DNA from: Sphaerodactylus townsendi
Taxonomy: Eukaryota
DNA length: 64,000 nt
NCBI RefSeq assembly: GCF_021028975.2
Contig: NC_059440.1
Location: 29,016,001-29,080,000 of the forward strand
Direction: 5' to 3'
Below are positions 1 through 12,800 of the stretch, piece by piece. A program made the translations under genes and the position numbers. Below the pieces are notes generated by a model. The model saw only the letters and a program-made list of their open reading frames with translations, did not search any database and was not told where the DNA came from. The stretch's first letter is position 1, and every line of letters starts with the position of its first letter.

Positions 1-140
1 CCAATTGATGCCTTGGGAGAAACGGCTTTCTCTATGACCGGTTATGGGCGTGTCTGTGTTGGCTGATCCTTATTAAATATGGGTGTCAGACTTAGCTAGG
101 TAGCAGGTGGAGGTACTTTTGAACAGTCATCACCCTAGAT

Positions 141-1275
141 CACAGGTGTCAAACTCACGGCCCTCCAGAGGTTATGGACTACAGTTCCCATCATCCCCTG
201 CCAGCATGATGGTTGCAGGGGATGATAGGAACTGTAATCCATAATATCTGGAGGGCCGTGAGTTTGACACCTAGAAAGCAGCTGTGTGTGGCCTCTACTC
301 TTGAAAGAGGGGGGCAGGATTTGGGGGGGGAGCCCAGGCCAGTCCAACGAAGGAGCGTTGCCAGGAGCCAGCCCCCCCCCCCTTGTGCTTTTCAGAAAAG
401 TGGGGGAGACTCTATGGGGAAGAGGGGACCAGAAACGACGTCTTGCACGTCTGCCAGCCCCTGAGCTGGAGCTTCCCCAGCGCTCCTGGGAGAGGGGGTC
501 CGACCCCTGTGCAGAGTGGATGCCAAAACAGCCCAGGACAGCGCCACTCTGACCGCCACCTTCGCACGGGACCTCGTGTGCAGGTTGTGGGGGCCCCGCT
601 AACTTTCTGAGGCTCTTTGGCCAAGGAGCTCCTGTACCAAAGGGATGCCAGCAGCCCGGGACGACGCTTCTCAGGGCGCCGCCTTCGCACGAGACCGCAG
701 GTGGAGGTTGTGGACGACTCCGCTAACGTTCTAAGCCTCTTGGAGCTGGCAGCCCCTTTGGACAATGGAACCGAGAGTCTAGGGCGGCCTTTCTCAGGCT
801 CCGCCTTCGCACGAGGCCGCACGTCGAGCTTGCATAGCGTCGGAGCCTCTTTGGAGCAAAAGCCCCCTTGCAGAGTGGCACCCAGAGTCTGAGACGTGCT
901 TGTAGTTCATGCCTTTGGCCACCGGAGGGCAGCAGCAGCGTCCCCAGCTCCAGCTCAGGGGCTGGCAGATGTGTAAGACGTCATTTCTGGTCCCCTCTTC
1001 CCCATAGAGTCTCCCCCACTTTTCTGAAAAGCACAAGGGGGGGGGGCTGGCTCCTGGCAACGCTCCTTCGTTGGACTGGCCTGGGCTCCCCCCCAAATCC
1101 TGCCCCCCTCTTTCAAGAACAGAGGCCACACACAGCTGCTTTCTAGGTGTCAAACTCACGGCCCTCCAGATATTATGGACTACAGTTCCCATCATCCCCT
1201 GCAACCATCATGCTGGCAGGGGTGATGGGAATTGTAGCCCATAACATCTGGAGGACCGCAAGTTTGACACCTGTG
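141..1275. mobile_element. Composite non-autonomous hAT-like (Charlie-type) DNA transposon / foldback element
   Basis: Inverted arms 141-473 and 946-1275; termini CACAGGTGTCAAACT...AGTTTGACACCTGTG; flanking 8-bp direct repeats CCCTAGAT (133-140) and CCCTAGAC (1276-1283). Confidence 0.75.
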
Positions 1276-1747
1276 CCCTAGACATTTCTCCACAAAGCAA
1301 AGGTCCCGTTAAAAAGATCGGCTCACAACTAGATTAGGTGAAACTAAGCCAGCATCGTCATCCCCATCTATGATGAGTGTGAGGAAGAACTGCTCCTCAG
1401 TGGGAAGGATGTTTTAATTGGTGGCAGAGGGAGCTGTATAGCGGGGGGGGGGGGGCAAGGAAGCGGGGGCCATGATGCACGTGCCTTTCCCTGCTGTTGC
1501 CCTTATCAAGAAAGGGAGACGGTGCAAAGGCACCTTATATGTCTTAAATATCAGGACAGGCTGCTGGGAGGGGGCAGCTTCCTGAGGGGGGGAGCCCACA
1601 AAAACTTTGATCCTGATCCCTCTCTAATGGGCTTGGTGATCCTGCAGGTATGCATAGGTTCGTTCTCAAGAGCACGCAAGACAGCCTTTGTCTGGTCCTT
1701 GAAAGGACGCAAGTTCTGAGCCCCCCACCCCCCTTTGTCCCTTGCAG

Positions 1748-4700
1748 TGCTTCTGGCCCAAGGGCAGTACGACATTGGAGACCCAGCATACCACGACACG
1801 CCATACATCCCCTATGAAATAGGTAAGCAGACACCTTGATGTCCCCTCTTCCTGCCCTTTGGATGAATGCCACGCTGCCTGGCCCTGTAGAGGCGCCCCA
1901 CCGGATTGAGTTCAGACATCCTCCCACAAAGCATCTCCAATGGGACATCCTGTCTGCAGCAGAAGGAGAAACTGTCCAGCCAAGCTAGAGGGACGTGACC
2001 GTCATCATGTGAACATTTGTTTGAGTAGTCTGGCCTTGATAGGAAACGGGCTCTTGTGTGCCTGTGTGAACATTTCAAGTGCAGGAAGTTGCAAAGGAGG
2101 GGGAATTCCCCCGCTGCCCACCACCACCATTTGCTCCATAGCTCAGCCGAGCTGTTTCAGGTTGCTTTTGGAAAGACCATTGCAATTTAAAACATTTTTT
2201 TAATTGGGCTTATGCCCCACAACCTTACTTTTTTGCACAACTGGTGTTAACTTTAGACCTGGGAAGCCTCCGCTCTGGATATTTGATCCACCTGGGATTT
2301 TATATTTTTAAAAGGAAAATCCCTTTCCAAAATAGAACAAGGGTCCTAAATTATCCACCTACCAGCCACTGTCTCTCTCAGGGCCGAAGCAGCACCAGCC
2401 ACCACCTTGCCTGTTCCCAATGCTTATTTTTGGCTGCTTTCATAAACATCCTTCTACTGCACTATAAAATTTGCCCACGTTGAGTTTTAAAACGGTCGGG
2501 GTGGGGAAAGCGATGCTGTCGTTTTATTTCTTTACCTAGAAAGGGACAGATATATTTGAGGGTCCCAAATGCTGCACCCACTTGGATCAAGTTTTATTTT
2601 TTTACAATGCTAAACTGAGCGGACCAGTTGCTGGCTATTTTTAATCCTCCTTTTCTTTCCCCCAGAAAGTCAAGATTACTATGACTATGCTGGCAATGGT
2701 GAGTCGTCTCCTTTCCCTCTGTTGCTTCGGTGGAGTAATTGGGGGTGGGTGGGGGGTGGCCACTGTCCCAGCAGGCCTTGGCTGAAGGCCTTCATTTCCC
2801 TGCCAGACATTGCCCCGCAGGCTCCCGAAGAGCAATACCCCTACCAGTCCCAGCAGCAGAACCAGCAGGAGGTCATCCCAGCCCCAACCCCAGGTCAGTT
2901 TGGTCCTCCTCATTTGGAAGTTGTTTGCAGCTCGGGGCGGGTGGGCACAGCTTGCCCATCAAAACGACGGGGGCAGAGGCCTGGCTGCCTTCCCTTGAAG
3001 TGCCCTTGAAGGGCCGCCGGGGAGGGATGCGCGCCTGCACTCCCAGCCCTGCTCTTGTCGTCCTGGCGAAGGCAGGGATTGGGGGTGGGATCTGCACGCA
3101 GCACTGGGTCCCACCTCATCCTCCCTCGCTGGAGGACGAAGCGCCTCATCGCAGCCGGACAGGCTCTTCTGGTGCTTGCCCACTGAGGCCTTCTGTCGCC
3201 AGTCTGCAGCTGGGACATTGCGCCCCTCGCCCGCCCGCCGGCAGATTGCTGCCCTCTGCTGGTATCATGCGGGTGCTGCGAGGAATCTCCCGGGCCCTGC
3301 TTGCCAGGCACCCCTCTCAGCGTGGAGGTTTCCCTCCCCCTGCTGCTGGCCACCCAGTGCTCCAGGTCTGCACCGCCTCCTCCTCCTGCTGCCCAGCGGC
3401 CAAGGGGCGCACGGGAAGCCCTTCCTGCCCGCTGGGCTGCCCTGGCCCCTCTATCGGTCGGCAGGGCCTCCACTGGCGCGCCAGCCCATTAGCCCTCTGC
3501 TGCCGCTTCTGCTTCCTCTTCTAGGCACGGCTGAGACGGAGCCCACCGAGCCCGGGCCCTTCGGTGAGAGGCAGGGCTTAGGGGGACGGGCCCCTGAGCC
3601 AAGTGCTTCGGCGGCGGCTGCTGCTCAAGAGCCTCGGGCCTCCCAGACCGGCACATCCTGCGGCCTGAATAGATCTGGGGTTGGAAGGGGCCGAGACTGG
3701 CCACCACTCCAGATCTCCCACTCCTTTGCCCCCCAAGCTGGGAGTGAGGGGGGGTTGTGTCTCTTTTTCTGGCCCTGAACAGGAGGCAGCGGCGTCGAGG
3801 CAGGGTGGCAGGGCCGCAATCGGGGTGGGGGTGGCACAGTGGTTTGCTGGGTCTTTCTGGCTGGAGGTGTGAGGGGCGGCTGCTTAGCCCCACACGCTCC
3901 GCTCTGTGCGGCCGGCCAGCTAAGCATCAAGTAAAGGCTGCTTGATCGGCTGCCCCTTGTGCCCTGCAGAGATTGCCAGGAGGAGCAGGCAATTCTGGTA
4001 CCTGGCCTGTACTCGGTCCACAAGCCCTGCAAGCAGTGCCTAAATGAGCTCTGTTTTTACAGGTGAGCAGCTGGTTGAGGGGGGAGGGCAGGAGGCTCCC
4101 CCCAGCTGTCTTTCAGGGCGAGGGTGCCAGCGAGTCTGTACCCAGGACGTGGGCGCAGCAGGCCCTGAGGGAGGGCACATGGTCAGCCCCTTGCCTCCAG
4201 CTCCTTGGGGGCTCTTCTAGGGGGGTTTTCTCCAGGCTGCTTAACACCCCTCGCAGCCCCCCCCCTTTCCAACCTCCCAGCACGGGGGACTCGGGCAGGT
4301 GGAAGTCTCCTTTTTACAGGCGCCTCAGTGGAGTGAGCATGCTTTTTTGGGGGGGAGATCATGAGAGGATCACGGAGAGCAGCAGAGACGCTGGAGCGGC
4401 ACCTGGGCCTGATGGGGGCCATGGCAACCACCCTCCCTGCCCAGCACAGGCTCCTACCTGGCTTGGGGCCTGAAGGGGGTGTGCATGAAAGGGGAGGGGC
4501 AGCACATGGCCGAGGAATGGGGCTTGGTCTTCCTGTGTGTCTCACTAGCAGCCTGCTCTTTTTCTTTCACCTCCCCCCCGCCATTTTCATCAGCCTGCGG
4601 CGGGTTTATGTGATCAATAAGGAAATCTGCATCCGCACTGTCTGTGCCCATGAAGAGCTGCTGAGAGGTACGGGGTCTTCGGCATTTGGGCCCCTTGCCA

Positions 4701-5028
4701 TGCTCTGCCCGCCCCCCCCCCCCCCCAGTGGACGAGGCAGGGCTGAGGGGCACACAGCAGCCTGGTGTTTCCTGTTGGGAACAGGCAGCGGGGAGCCTTA
4801 GGCATGGCCCCCCCTAGCCCCCCACTCCTCCACAAGGGTGGGCCCTGGGAGACCTGGGCAAGAGAAGGCAGCCCAGGAGCAACTAATGCCCGCCCGCCCC
4901 GGGGCTTCCTTCTGTTTCCCACAGCTGACTTCTGCCGCGACAAGTTCTCCCGGTGTGGCGTGATGGCGACCAGCGGGCTGTGCCAGAGCGTGGCTGCCTC
5001 CTGTGCCCGAAGCTGCGGGGGCTGCTAG
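1748..5028 (+). CDS. MFAP2: Microfibril-associated protein 2 (MAGP-1), 5'-partial; 7 coding exons visible
   Basis: GT-AG exons 1748-1822 (LLAQGQYDIGDPAYHDTPYIPYEI), 2666-2698 (SQDYYDYAGN), 2807-2893 (IAPQAPEEQYPYQSQQQNQQEVIPAPTP), 3525-3563 (TAETEPTEPGPF), ~3972-4062 (DCQEEQ...LYSVHKPCKQCLNELCFY), 4594-4667 (LRRVYVINKEICIRTVCAHEELLR), 4925-5028 (DFCRDKFSRCGVMATSGLCQSVAASCARSCGGC*). Closely matches the human MFAP2 C-terminal Cys-rich domain. The signal-peptide exon was not found and is presumably upstream of the window. Confidence 0.96.
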
Positions 5029-5433
5029 GCAGGAACAGGCGCGCACAACATGCCCCACCCACGGGCCAGCCAGCCAGCCAGGCCTCCCCTGCCTCCCCCT
5101 CACTCCCCTTGGCCAGGCCCACACAGGATGCTCCCAGGCCTCCAATGTGGCCAGTGGGTGAAGCTCTGGCGGGGGGCGAGGGGCACACGGGCATGGAAAA
5201 GCCAGGAGTGGGAGGCAGCTCTCTTTCTCTCTCCCCTTCTGCTGCCTGGTGGGAGCTTGGCCCAGTGGGGGTATCTCTGGAGACTCTCACAGTCCTCAGC
5301 AGGGCCCAAGGGTTGCGAAAGGGTGGCTTGGGGGGGGGGGGGGGGGCCAGGAGGAGCTAAATGTGCAGCTCTCCCGGGACCTGCCTGTCTCATTCAGTAT
5401 AATCGTGTCTTCTCTTTTTTTACACAAGTGTTA

Positions 5434-5567
5434 AATAAACCAAAAGTATTACCACGTCTTGCAGCCAGCATGTGTCTTAACGCCCATTCCCAGAACTGTG
5501 TGTTATGTATTGTTGGAAGCTGCCCTGGTGGGCAAGGGTGGGCATGTTGAACAAACAAATGAATAAA
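5434..5567 (+). terminator. MFAP2 candidate polyadenylation signals
   Basis: AATAAA at 5434-5439 and 5562-5567, downstream of the stop at 5028. Confidence 0.6.
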
Positions 5568-5921
5568 AGGGGGGGGGGGTTTCGGGCCACTTCCTAGTCC
5601 CTGGACGGCAAAGCTCTGCACAGAGCCTGGCTTCGTCAGCACTCCAGCAGCACGAACTTCCAACATATCAAAGTTGCTGTGTCCTCTGTTTTCAATAGTT
5701 GTGTCCACTGCCCGTCCTGGTTCTGGAGTGGGAGCCCCCCCCCCCCCCCGCAATTCCCTGGCCCTCCCCCAATATTGCCACAATACCTGAGCGAGTCGCC
5801 CTTTGCCCCTTTTAGCCAAAACGGCCTGGGGCCAGCTGAAAAGGGGCTGGGGGCTGCAGCGTGGGAGGGGGCTCCTTCGGTCCGGGCTGGTGGGAAACAC
5901 TGAACTTCCGGGAGAGACGCT

Positions 5922-5927
5922 TTTATT
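5922..5927 (-). terminator. CROCC candidate polyadenylation signal
   Basis: TTTATT on + is AATAAA on -, about 930 nt past the CROCC stop. Confidence 0.55.
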
Positions 5928-6854
5928 ACAAGTTTCACACTAATTCCTTCCGCAACGGGCACATCAGACCACCCCCGCTTAATACAAAAATAAAGGTTTC
6001 TACATTTCCAGATTAAAATGTTACAAAAGCTCCACAAAGAAAAATACACCAGGGCGATGATGTGCCTGTGCATGAACCCACCCACCCACCCATTCGTGTG
6101 TGTGCCCATTTGTGCCCCAGCCAAAGGCTGCTATGCTATGCTATGGTGCCTCACACGGGCAACAAAGATACTCGGGGGGTGGGGGGGCAGTAGACAAGGA
6201 GGCCCCTCCAGGGAAGGGCCTCACAGCACAGTGGCTCCTCTCCCTTGTGCCAAAAGAGTCCGTGTGTGACAGAACATAAGACCCTCTCTCTGCCTTTCCC
6301 AGGAAGCCCCCACTGGTTGTACTTCTAGCTGGGGGGGGGGGGTCGCATGTTTTCAGCCCCCAAGGAGTAAAGGGTCACTTTGGCATTTCTACATCACAGC
6401 TGTAGGAAAAGAAAAGCCTTCCAAGCAGAGCCTTGCATATGGCACATGCTCTGTGCATCCTCTGAAGGGTGGGTCCCATCCCTGCCCACCCACCCATTGG
6501 CCACAGCCACGCAGTCTGTGCACTTTGCCTTCTGGGGAGAAGTGCACAGCTGGCCAGCAAGACGACTACCCCCCCCCCCTTTCCCCTTAGGCTGGGTGCC
6601 TGAGGAACCCGCCAGAGCCACGTGCAGGGCTGGGCGTCCAGATGTGCTTGCTGCAGGGGCTGTGTTCTGTAGATACGCCCCTGCGAAGGGCACGTGTGTT
6701 TGGGAGGGGAGGCACAGGAAAGTTGCGCTTTTCCCTTCAGTGACTGCTTCATACCAGACCGTGGCTTAAGAAGGGACGGCTGGCCAGTCCACTCTCCCCC
6801 CCCTCCCCAATGCTTTCCAGCTGGGGGCTGCGGTGCAGGGCAGGAAGGCGGCAG

Positions 6855-9800
6855 CTAGCTTCCTGGGCAGATGGGCGAAGGGGTGTCTGGGGACCGGAGC
6901 TCATCCTTCAGCGTCAGGATCTGTGGGAGAACAGAAGGCACGGAAAGCCCCATGGCAGAGACCGTAGCCCCTAAGTGAGCTGGCCCCTGGTCTGAGCGCC
7001 TCCGAGGGGCAGGGGGCAGAGAATCCCACTCATCGGGTGGGGCACACAAGAAGCAGGGCTGACCGGCCAGCCCATGGGGTCAACGTGTCTCTTCCCAACT
7101 ACACTTTGTCAGCACAGATGTAGATACTGGGCACCGACACCGCCCCCCCCCCCCCAACTCTTGCAACACTTCCGCCTGCTGCTCTCCAAAACCCAGACAC
7201 CGAATCCTCAAGATTCGACTCTGGGGAAGGGGCTTGCCCCAGAGTTCTCCGTGGTAGAGGTTTGGGCCCACCCCCAACCAGCCAGAGCAAATGACTGCAA
7301 CTGAGCCCTCTCCGTGGGCGGGGCCTGGAGGCATTCCTTCCCACCCAGGCTCACCTGCTCCTCTGACCCGCTGCCGGTGGGCATCCGGCATGCGTTCTGC
7401 CTGGAGCTGGGAGCCCCCCAGGCACTCAAGCTCCATCTGGAGGGAAGCCCCAGTTTCATTCCGGCCTGGGAGGTGCTCACGGTCCATTACCTGAGCCTAG
7501 GTGGGGGGGAAGAGGAGGAGGGGGAGGAGGAGGAGGAGGAGGAGGCTGAAAGATTGGGCTGGCCCCGTTGCCAGAGCCAGGCTTCCCCCCTAACCCTAAC
7601 CCTAACCCCATCTTGCTTCAGGCAGCGTTCCTTGCAGGAAGGTTCCAGCCAGCCCAGCACCCACTTGGGCCCCCGGGAGGCAGCCAGGGAGCCTCCAGAG
7701 GAGAGCAGCCCCACTGTGCCCCCCCCCCCCCCAGACAGAGACTTCCAGCAGGGCGCAGCTTGGGAGACGGAGGAATCTGAAATGGAACGTTGCTCTTCAG
7801 ACCTGCTGGCAACACCAAATCCGCCCCAAGGCACAGGGAAGGGGCGACCGGGGGGGGGGGGGGCGGCATTTACCTCCAGCAGCCGGATTTGCTGACAGGC
7901 CTCCGCCAGCTCCTGCTCCACACTGGTGAGAGAGCAGCCCAGCCGCCCCTTCTCAGCAGACAGCCTCAGCGACTCTTCGCGGGTGCTGAGCTTCTCCCGC
8001 TCCACCTGCCAGCCAAGCAGATGCTTGCAAGTGGCACAAAAACAGCCACCACCACCCCACACACTCACATAACGGGGGTGGGGGTGGAGGTCTTGTCTGG
8101 GGAGCTCAGCCCTCGGCTGCATGCCCCCTCTCAGATGGGGGAAAGGGCGCACCTGTCCAAGAAAAGGTACACAAACAAGCTGCTCCTCTGTCTAAGGCCC
8201 CACCCCCCATCTGTGCTGCTGCTGCTGCCCCCCTCCCCATTTTCATGGCCAGTCTCTGAGCACCCACGTGAAAGGTTCTGGGAGTGTTTCTGACCCTCTT
8301 CTGAGCCCGCCTTGGAAGGAGCCTCTCCCTGCTTCCTGGGCCTCAAGGCCAACTCAAGTCTGCCACGAAGCCTCGTGCTGACGGCCAGTTGTGCTCTGCA
8401 CCCAGTCCTCTGGCTCATCTCCACCCTCCTGCCCATCACAGGGGCTGCAGGGCCACCCACTCTCCCCGCCCAGAAATGCTCCCCCCTTCTGCTCCTGCCT
8501 GCCTGCCTGCCGCTGCTGTTGACCCCCCTGAGGCCTCACTTTGTCCAGCATCCTCTTGAGGGCCATCTTGTCCTTCTCCAGCCGCAGAGAGGCACGCTCC
8601 GCTTCCCACTTCTGGTTCTCCATCTGTGCCAGGGCCCTCTGCATGCCGCTCAGGCCCTCCTGCAGCCGCCGATTGTCCTCCTGTGCGTTCCGCAGACTCT
8701 TCAGGGCGACCGTCTCACCTTCCTGGCACTGGCCGAGCAGCTGCAGGAGGACCGACAAGAGAGGGGGGGCTGCCTCGAGCCCGCTCGCCATGCCCCCACC
8801 CACCCCTCTTGCAGCTGGACCACAGCTGCCATGCCCCTCTCTCAGCAGGCAGAGCTGTGTGGACGGTCAGGGCTTGGAGCCCACAGCCCACATGTCCACT
8901 GCCAGATGTTCTGTCCCAGGGCGGTGGGCGTTATCAGCTTCTCAGAGAACTCTTCCCCAGTGAGGGAGAAGGGCCCGCGCCCTCCTCTTGCCTAGAGCTC
9001 CAGCAGAGTCAGGGTCACAGGACTGGCCCAAACCATCGTGGAGGGAAACAGTACCCAGTTCTGTCAGGGGCAGGGATTTGACGGCCACAGATACAGCCAA
9101 CCCCCCTTCCTCTATGGGACTGGAAAGCAGGGGGGGCTGCTGCTGGGGGGTTTCCCCTTGGAGGGGAGACGAGGGCAGGCCAGCTTGCTCGGACAAGAAG
9201 CGGGAAGTTCAGAGGCAGGGGAGGGGGTGGCCTTCGCTTGACCACCTCTCCATCCAACTCCAGCGCTTTCTGGCCTTTCAATTAACCTGCTGGTAAATCT
9301 TAACCAGCCAGTGTGGGGCGGTGGTTAGAAGCAGGTGACCTGGAGTCTGGAGAACCGGGCTGGATTCCCCACTCCTGCTGGGTGACCTAGTCTCAGTTCT
9401 CTCAGAACTCTTTCAGCCCCACCTACCTCACAAGGTGTCTGTGGTGGAGAAAGGAAGGGATTGGGATTGGGAGCGCTTTAAGACTCCTTAAGGGACAGAA
9501 AAGTGAGGAATAAAAATCAAATCTTATTTTTTCTGGTGATAAAAGGGGCTCCGCCAAGGGCGTTGAAGGGCAAGGTGAAGGGTCACCCCTGCAGAGAAGC
9601 AAATCCTTCAAAATCCAGGTGGGTGCTGGTGGCTCCCTTGCCCATCCAGTGGTCCAGAAAGGCAGGGAACAAAGTCAAAAAGGTAGCCCCCCCGGCTGAT
9701 TCTTCCCACCCCAGGACCCCCACTTCAGTTACGGGTACAGATTTGCCAGCTGAGATTCCTGGAGCCACAAGGTGCTGCCCAGCTGTAGGGGTCTCCTGGC

Positions 9801-12800
9801 ATTTCCTTGCCCAGCAGAGGCCCCGGCAACACCCTCTTGGCATCACGAGGAGCTCGCCCGAGAACATCCACGCAGGCCACAGAGCTGGCCCTTTCTGGGG
9901 GCCCAGCCGAGAGATCTTGGGGCAGCCCGCACCCAGGCCTCACCTCTTCTTGTTGGCGCACACGACCACCCAGCTCTTTCTTCTGCAACTGCACCTCCAC
10001 CTGCTCCGCCTGCAGGGTCTGGAGGCGCTCTGTCAGTAGCCGCATCTCCTTCCTGGCTCTGGAGAGAGCCTGCTGGGCAACCCCCAACCGCTCCTGAAAC
10101 GCAGCACAGCGGCACAAGGGTTGCCCTGCTGAGAAAGGCGCATGAAGACCCCAGCCTGGGGCACAGAATGGCAGCAGTAGCAGTAGGAAGGCATTGGCCT
10201 CCCTGGTCCAAGCGTACCTGCAGCACCCGCTGCTCGTGTTCGCTGGCCGTCAGTGCCTTCTGCAACTCCAGCACCCTCTCCTGGGCTGAGCTGGCCTCGG
10301 CCTTGGCCTCCAGCAAGGAGGCAGAGAGCGCCTGCACCTTCTCCTGTAGGGAACCCTCGGCCTCCGCGGCCTTTGCCAGTGCCAGGCTAAGGCGGTCCAG
10401 ACTCAGCTGCTGGGCACCAGCCTTCATCTCCCCCTCGGTCACCTGTGGGGACAAGGATGGAGGGAGGGAGGTTGGTAAGCTCTGTGGTGCTGAGGAACAA
10501 AGGGGGAAGAATGCCCAGGGCTCGTGTTAAGAATGGGGACTCCTGGCCAGGACAACCTCCTGTGGCAAAAAAGGAAGAGGAGCAGACTGCAATCATGGGA
10601 TTGTTTCCATCAAAAATAATCATTTCCACTTCTTAAAAATGCTGCCAGCCAAGGATCTTTCCAGCTGATGAGAGGGTTGGAAGGAGGGCTCACCCTGTGG
10701 ACTTCAGCTTGTCAGATGCTGCTACTTGTAATTAGCTCATCTGACTCTGGCCTCTAACCCCCAGAAGAGCCCCCCCCCCCCAAATATCCTTCCGTGCCCT
10801 GTCCATAGAACTTCTGTTCATGCTCCATAATTTTTCCCTCTGCTGCCAGGCTTCTGAGATGCCTGCCATGTCTCTCCTCATTCAAGTCTTTTCTGGGCCT
10901 GAATGGATTTCCCGTTCACAGCAAAGACACGGAGCCAGTCATGAGGCACCCACTTCTTGCTGAGAATCGCAGCTGCCCTAAACATGAAACCACCTCAAGC
11001 TTCTAGCCCTCGTAGCTGCCGCAGCACAGGAGGTGAGACCTGTCAACCTCGCTCTTGGTCTCCCACCTGCAAGCATCACGCCCCTGCCAGCACGCACCCC
11101 GATCAACATGGGGCGAGCGCCAATCAAAATGGCCCAACGGGCGGGCCAGGGCACAGCTGCCATGTGCCACAAGTACCTGTCTCTGCAGAGCATCAAGGTG
11201 GTCCCTCAGCCCCCGCACCTCCACTTGGCGATCGGAGAGCACCAGCTGGGCTCTCTGCAGCTCCCCTTCCAGTGAGCGTCGGGACAGCTCCACTTGGGTG
11301 CAGCGGCTTTCCGAGGCATCCAAGACAGCCTTCAGGCGCTGCTTGTCTGCCTCCAGCTTGGCCTCAGTAGCTTTCATCTTGCCCAGCTTCTCCTGAGGAA
11401 AGAGGTCGAGAGGGACATTTGAAGGCCACCTCCTCCCCAGGCAAGAGATGAAGGCAGCCCTTAAAGGAGGAGGCAGCTGGTTGAGGAAATGGCCGGCCAG
11501 GGAGGGAACCAGCGTCTGATTCCTATCCCCGTCTAAATCCAGCTCTTAATCTGCTGCTCTACTTGGGGGGTGGTGTGGGGGTGTAAGGAACTTTGCACTT
11601 TAGTTTTAGGTTCTAAGTGTTGCTGGCATCCTCCCTTATGTAGAAGCATTTGCAGAATTGCTAATTGCTTATAGTGGATGATATTCACTGGCCTAGCCTT
11701 GCAGGGGAATTGGCATGCTGAGTGCGGTGTGTGGGTTAGAAAAGGGTAGTCTTTTAGTGGCAAAAGGCAGGAATCTCAGAAAACTCTTGAATGGCATCTG
11801 CTTTGCTGCACAGGAATGCACTTTTTGTGGGTGACAGAACTGCTAAGAGAACTGCCAGAATCCATGAAAGCACTAAGCTGTTGCTTGAAAAATGTATAAT
11901 TAATCATATGCTGAGAAGACATTGTGAGTTTTTTAAAATTATTTTTATGTTTGCCTTGCCTGTGACTGGCTGCTTGCATGCTGTAGCACTCTGAAAATCA
12001 ATACATGTGACTTATAGAGGTTAAATCTCTGGAATTACTGACTGGATGTAGGTACTTCCCAGAACTGGCCCCAGAGTGGGAAGTCTGTCCCCCTCCCCCT
12101 GTTCATTACTCCCCTCCCCTTTTGCCAACTGCTGGGGTGTTATCTGGCAACCCCCAAGATCACTGGAGAGGATCCAGGCTATCTTAGTGCCTTATCCTAG
12201 GACTTCCTTCCCCGCTCCAAATCCTCTTTGGATTACTTCATTCTTAAAATAAAAGATTATTCTTTTGAATGAGGTGCTCAAGGACTCTCACAGAGATCCA
12301 TCCACACAATACAAATCGGAGATCTGACCATTATCAGAGCTTTAAAAGAAAACCCTTGTGCGCAGGGTGGAACAGAACCAGCAGAAACAAAGCAGGCAGC
12401 CATGGGGCAGTTAGGCAGGAAGCTCAGAGCCACTGCGTCGTCATCCCACCCACCCCCACCCCGAACCTGCAAGACTCGTCTCTCGCCATCAGCTGCCTGC
12501 ACGCTCTGCTCCAGCGTTGCCGCCTTGTCCAGCAAAGCCTTGTGCTCCCGCTCATTTCGGCGCAAGATCTCCTCTTGCAGGATCAGGGCCCCCTGGGTGC
12601 TGCTCAGCTTCCCATCCACGGTGCGCCTCCCTGCAGAAGAGAACAGCGGCCAGCAGTGAAGGTAGGAGAAGGCCCCACGGTCCCCCAAAGCCCAGCCCAA
12701 GGAGAAGCACGCGGGGCTTCCTGCAAAGCCCCAAGAATCCTGGCTTCCAACCAAAATCAATCACGTTCCAACGTTGTGGTGCTGACATCAACAGCGTATC

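Noticed and set aside
553-820. CRISPR-like repeat-spacer pattern
   Set aside because: Eukaryotic context, no cas genes, short degenerate repeats, and the 'spacers' are homologous to each other, so this is a tandem repeat
7588-7608. Interstitial telomere marking a chromosome fusion
   Set aside because: Only 3.5 units, inside an intron of an intact gene
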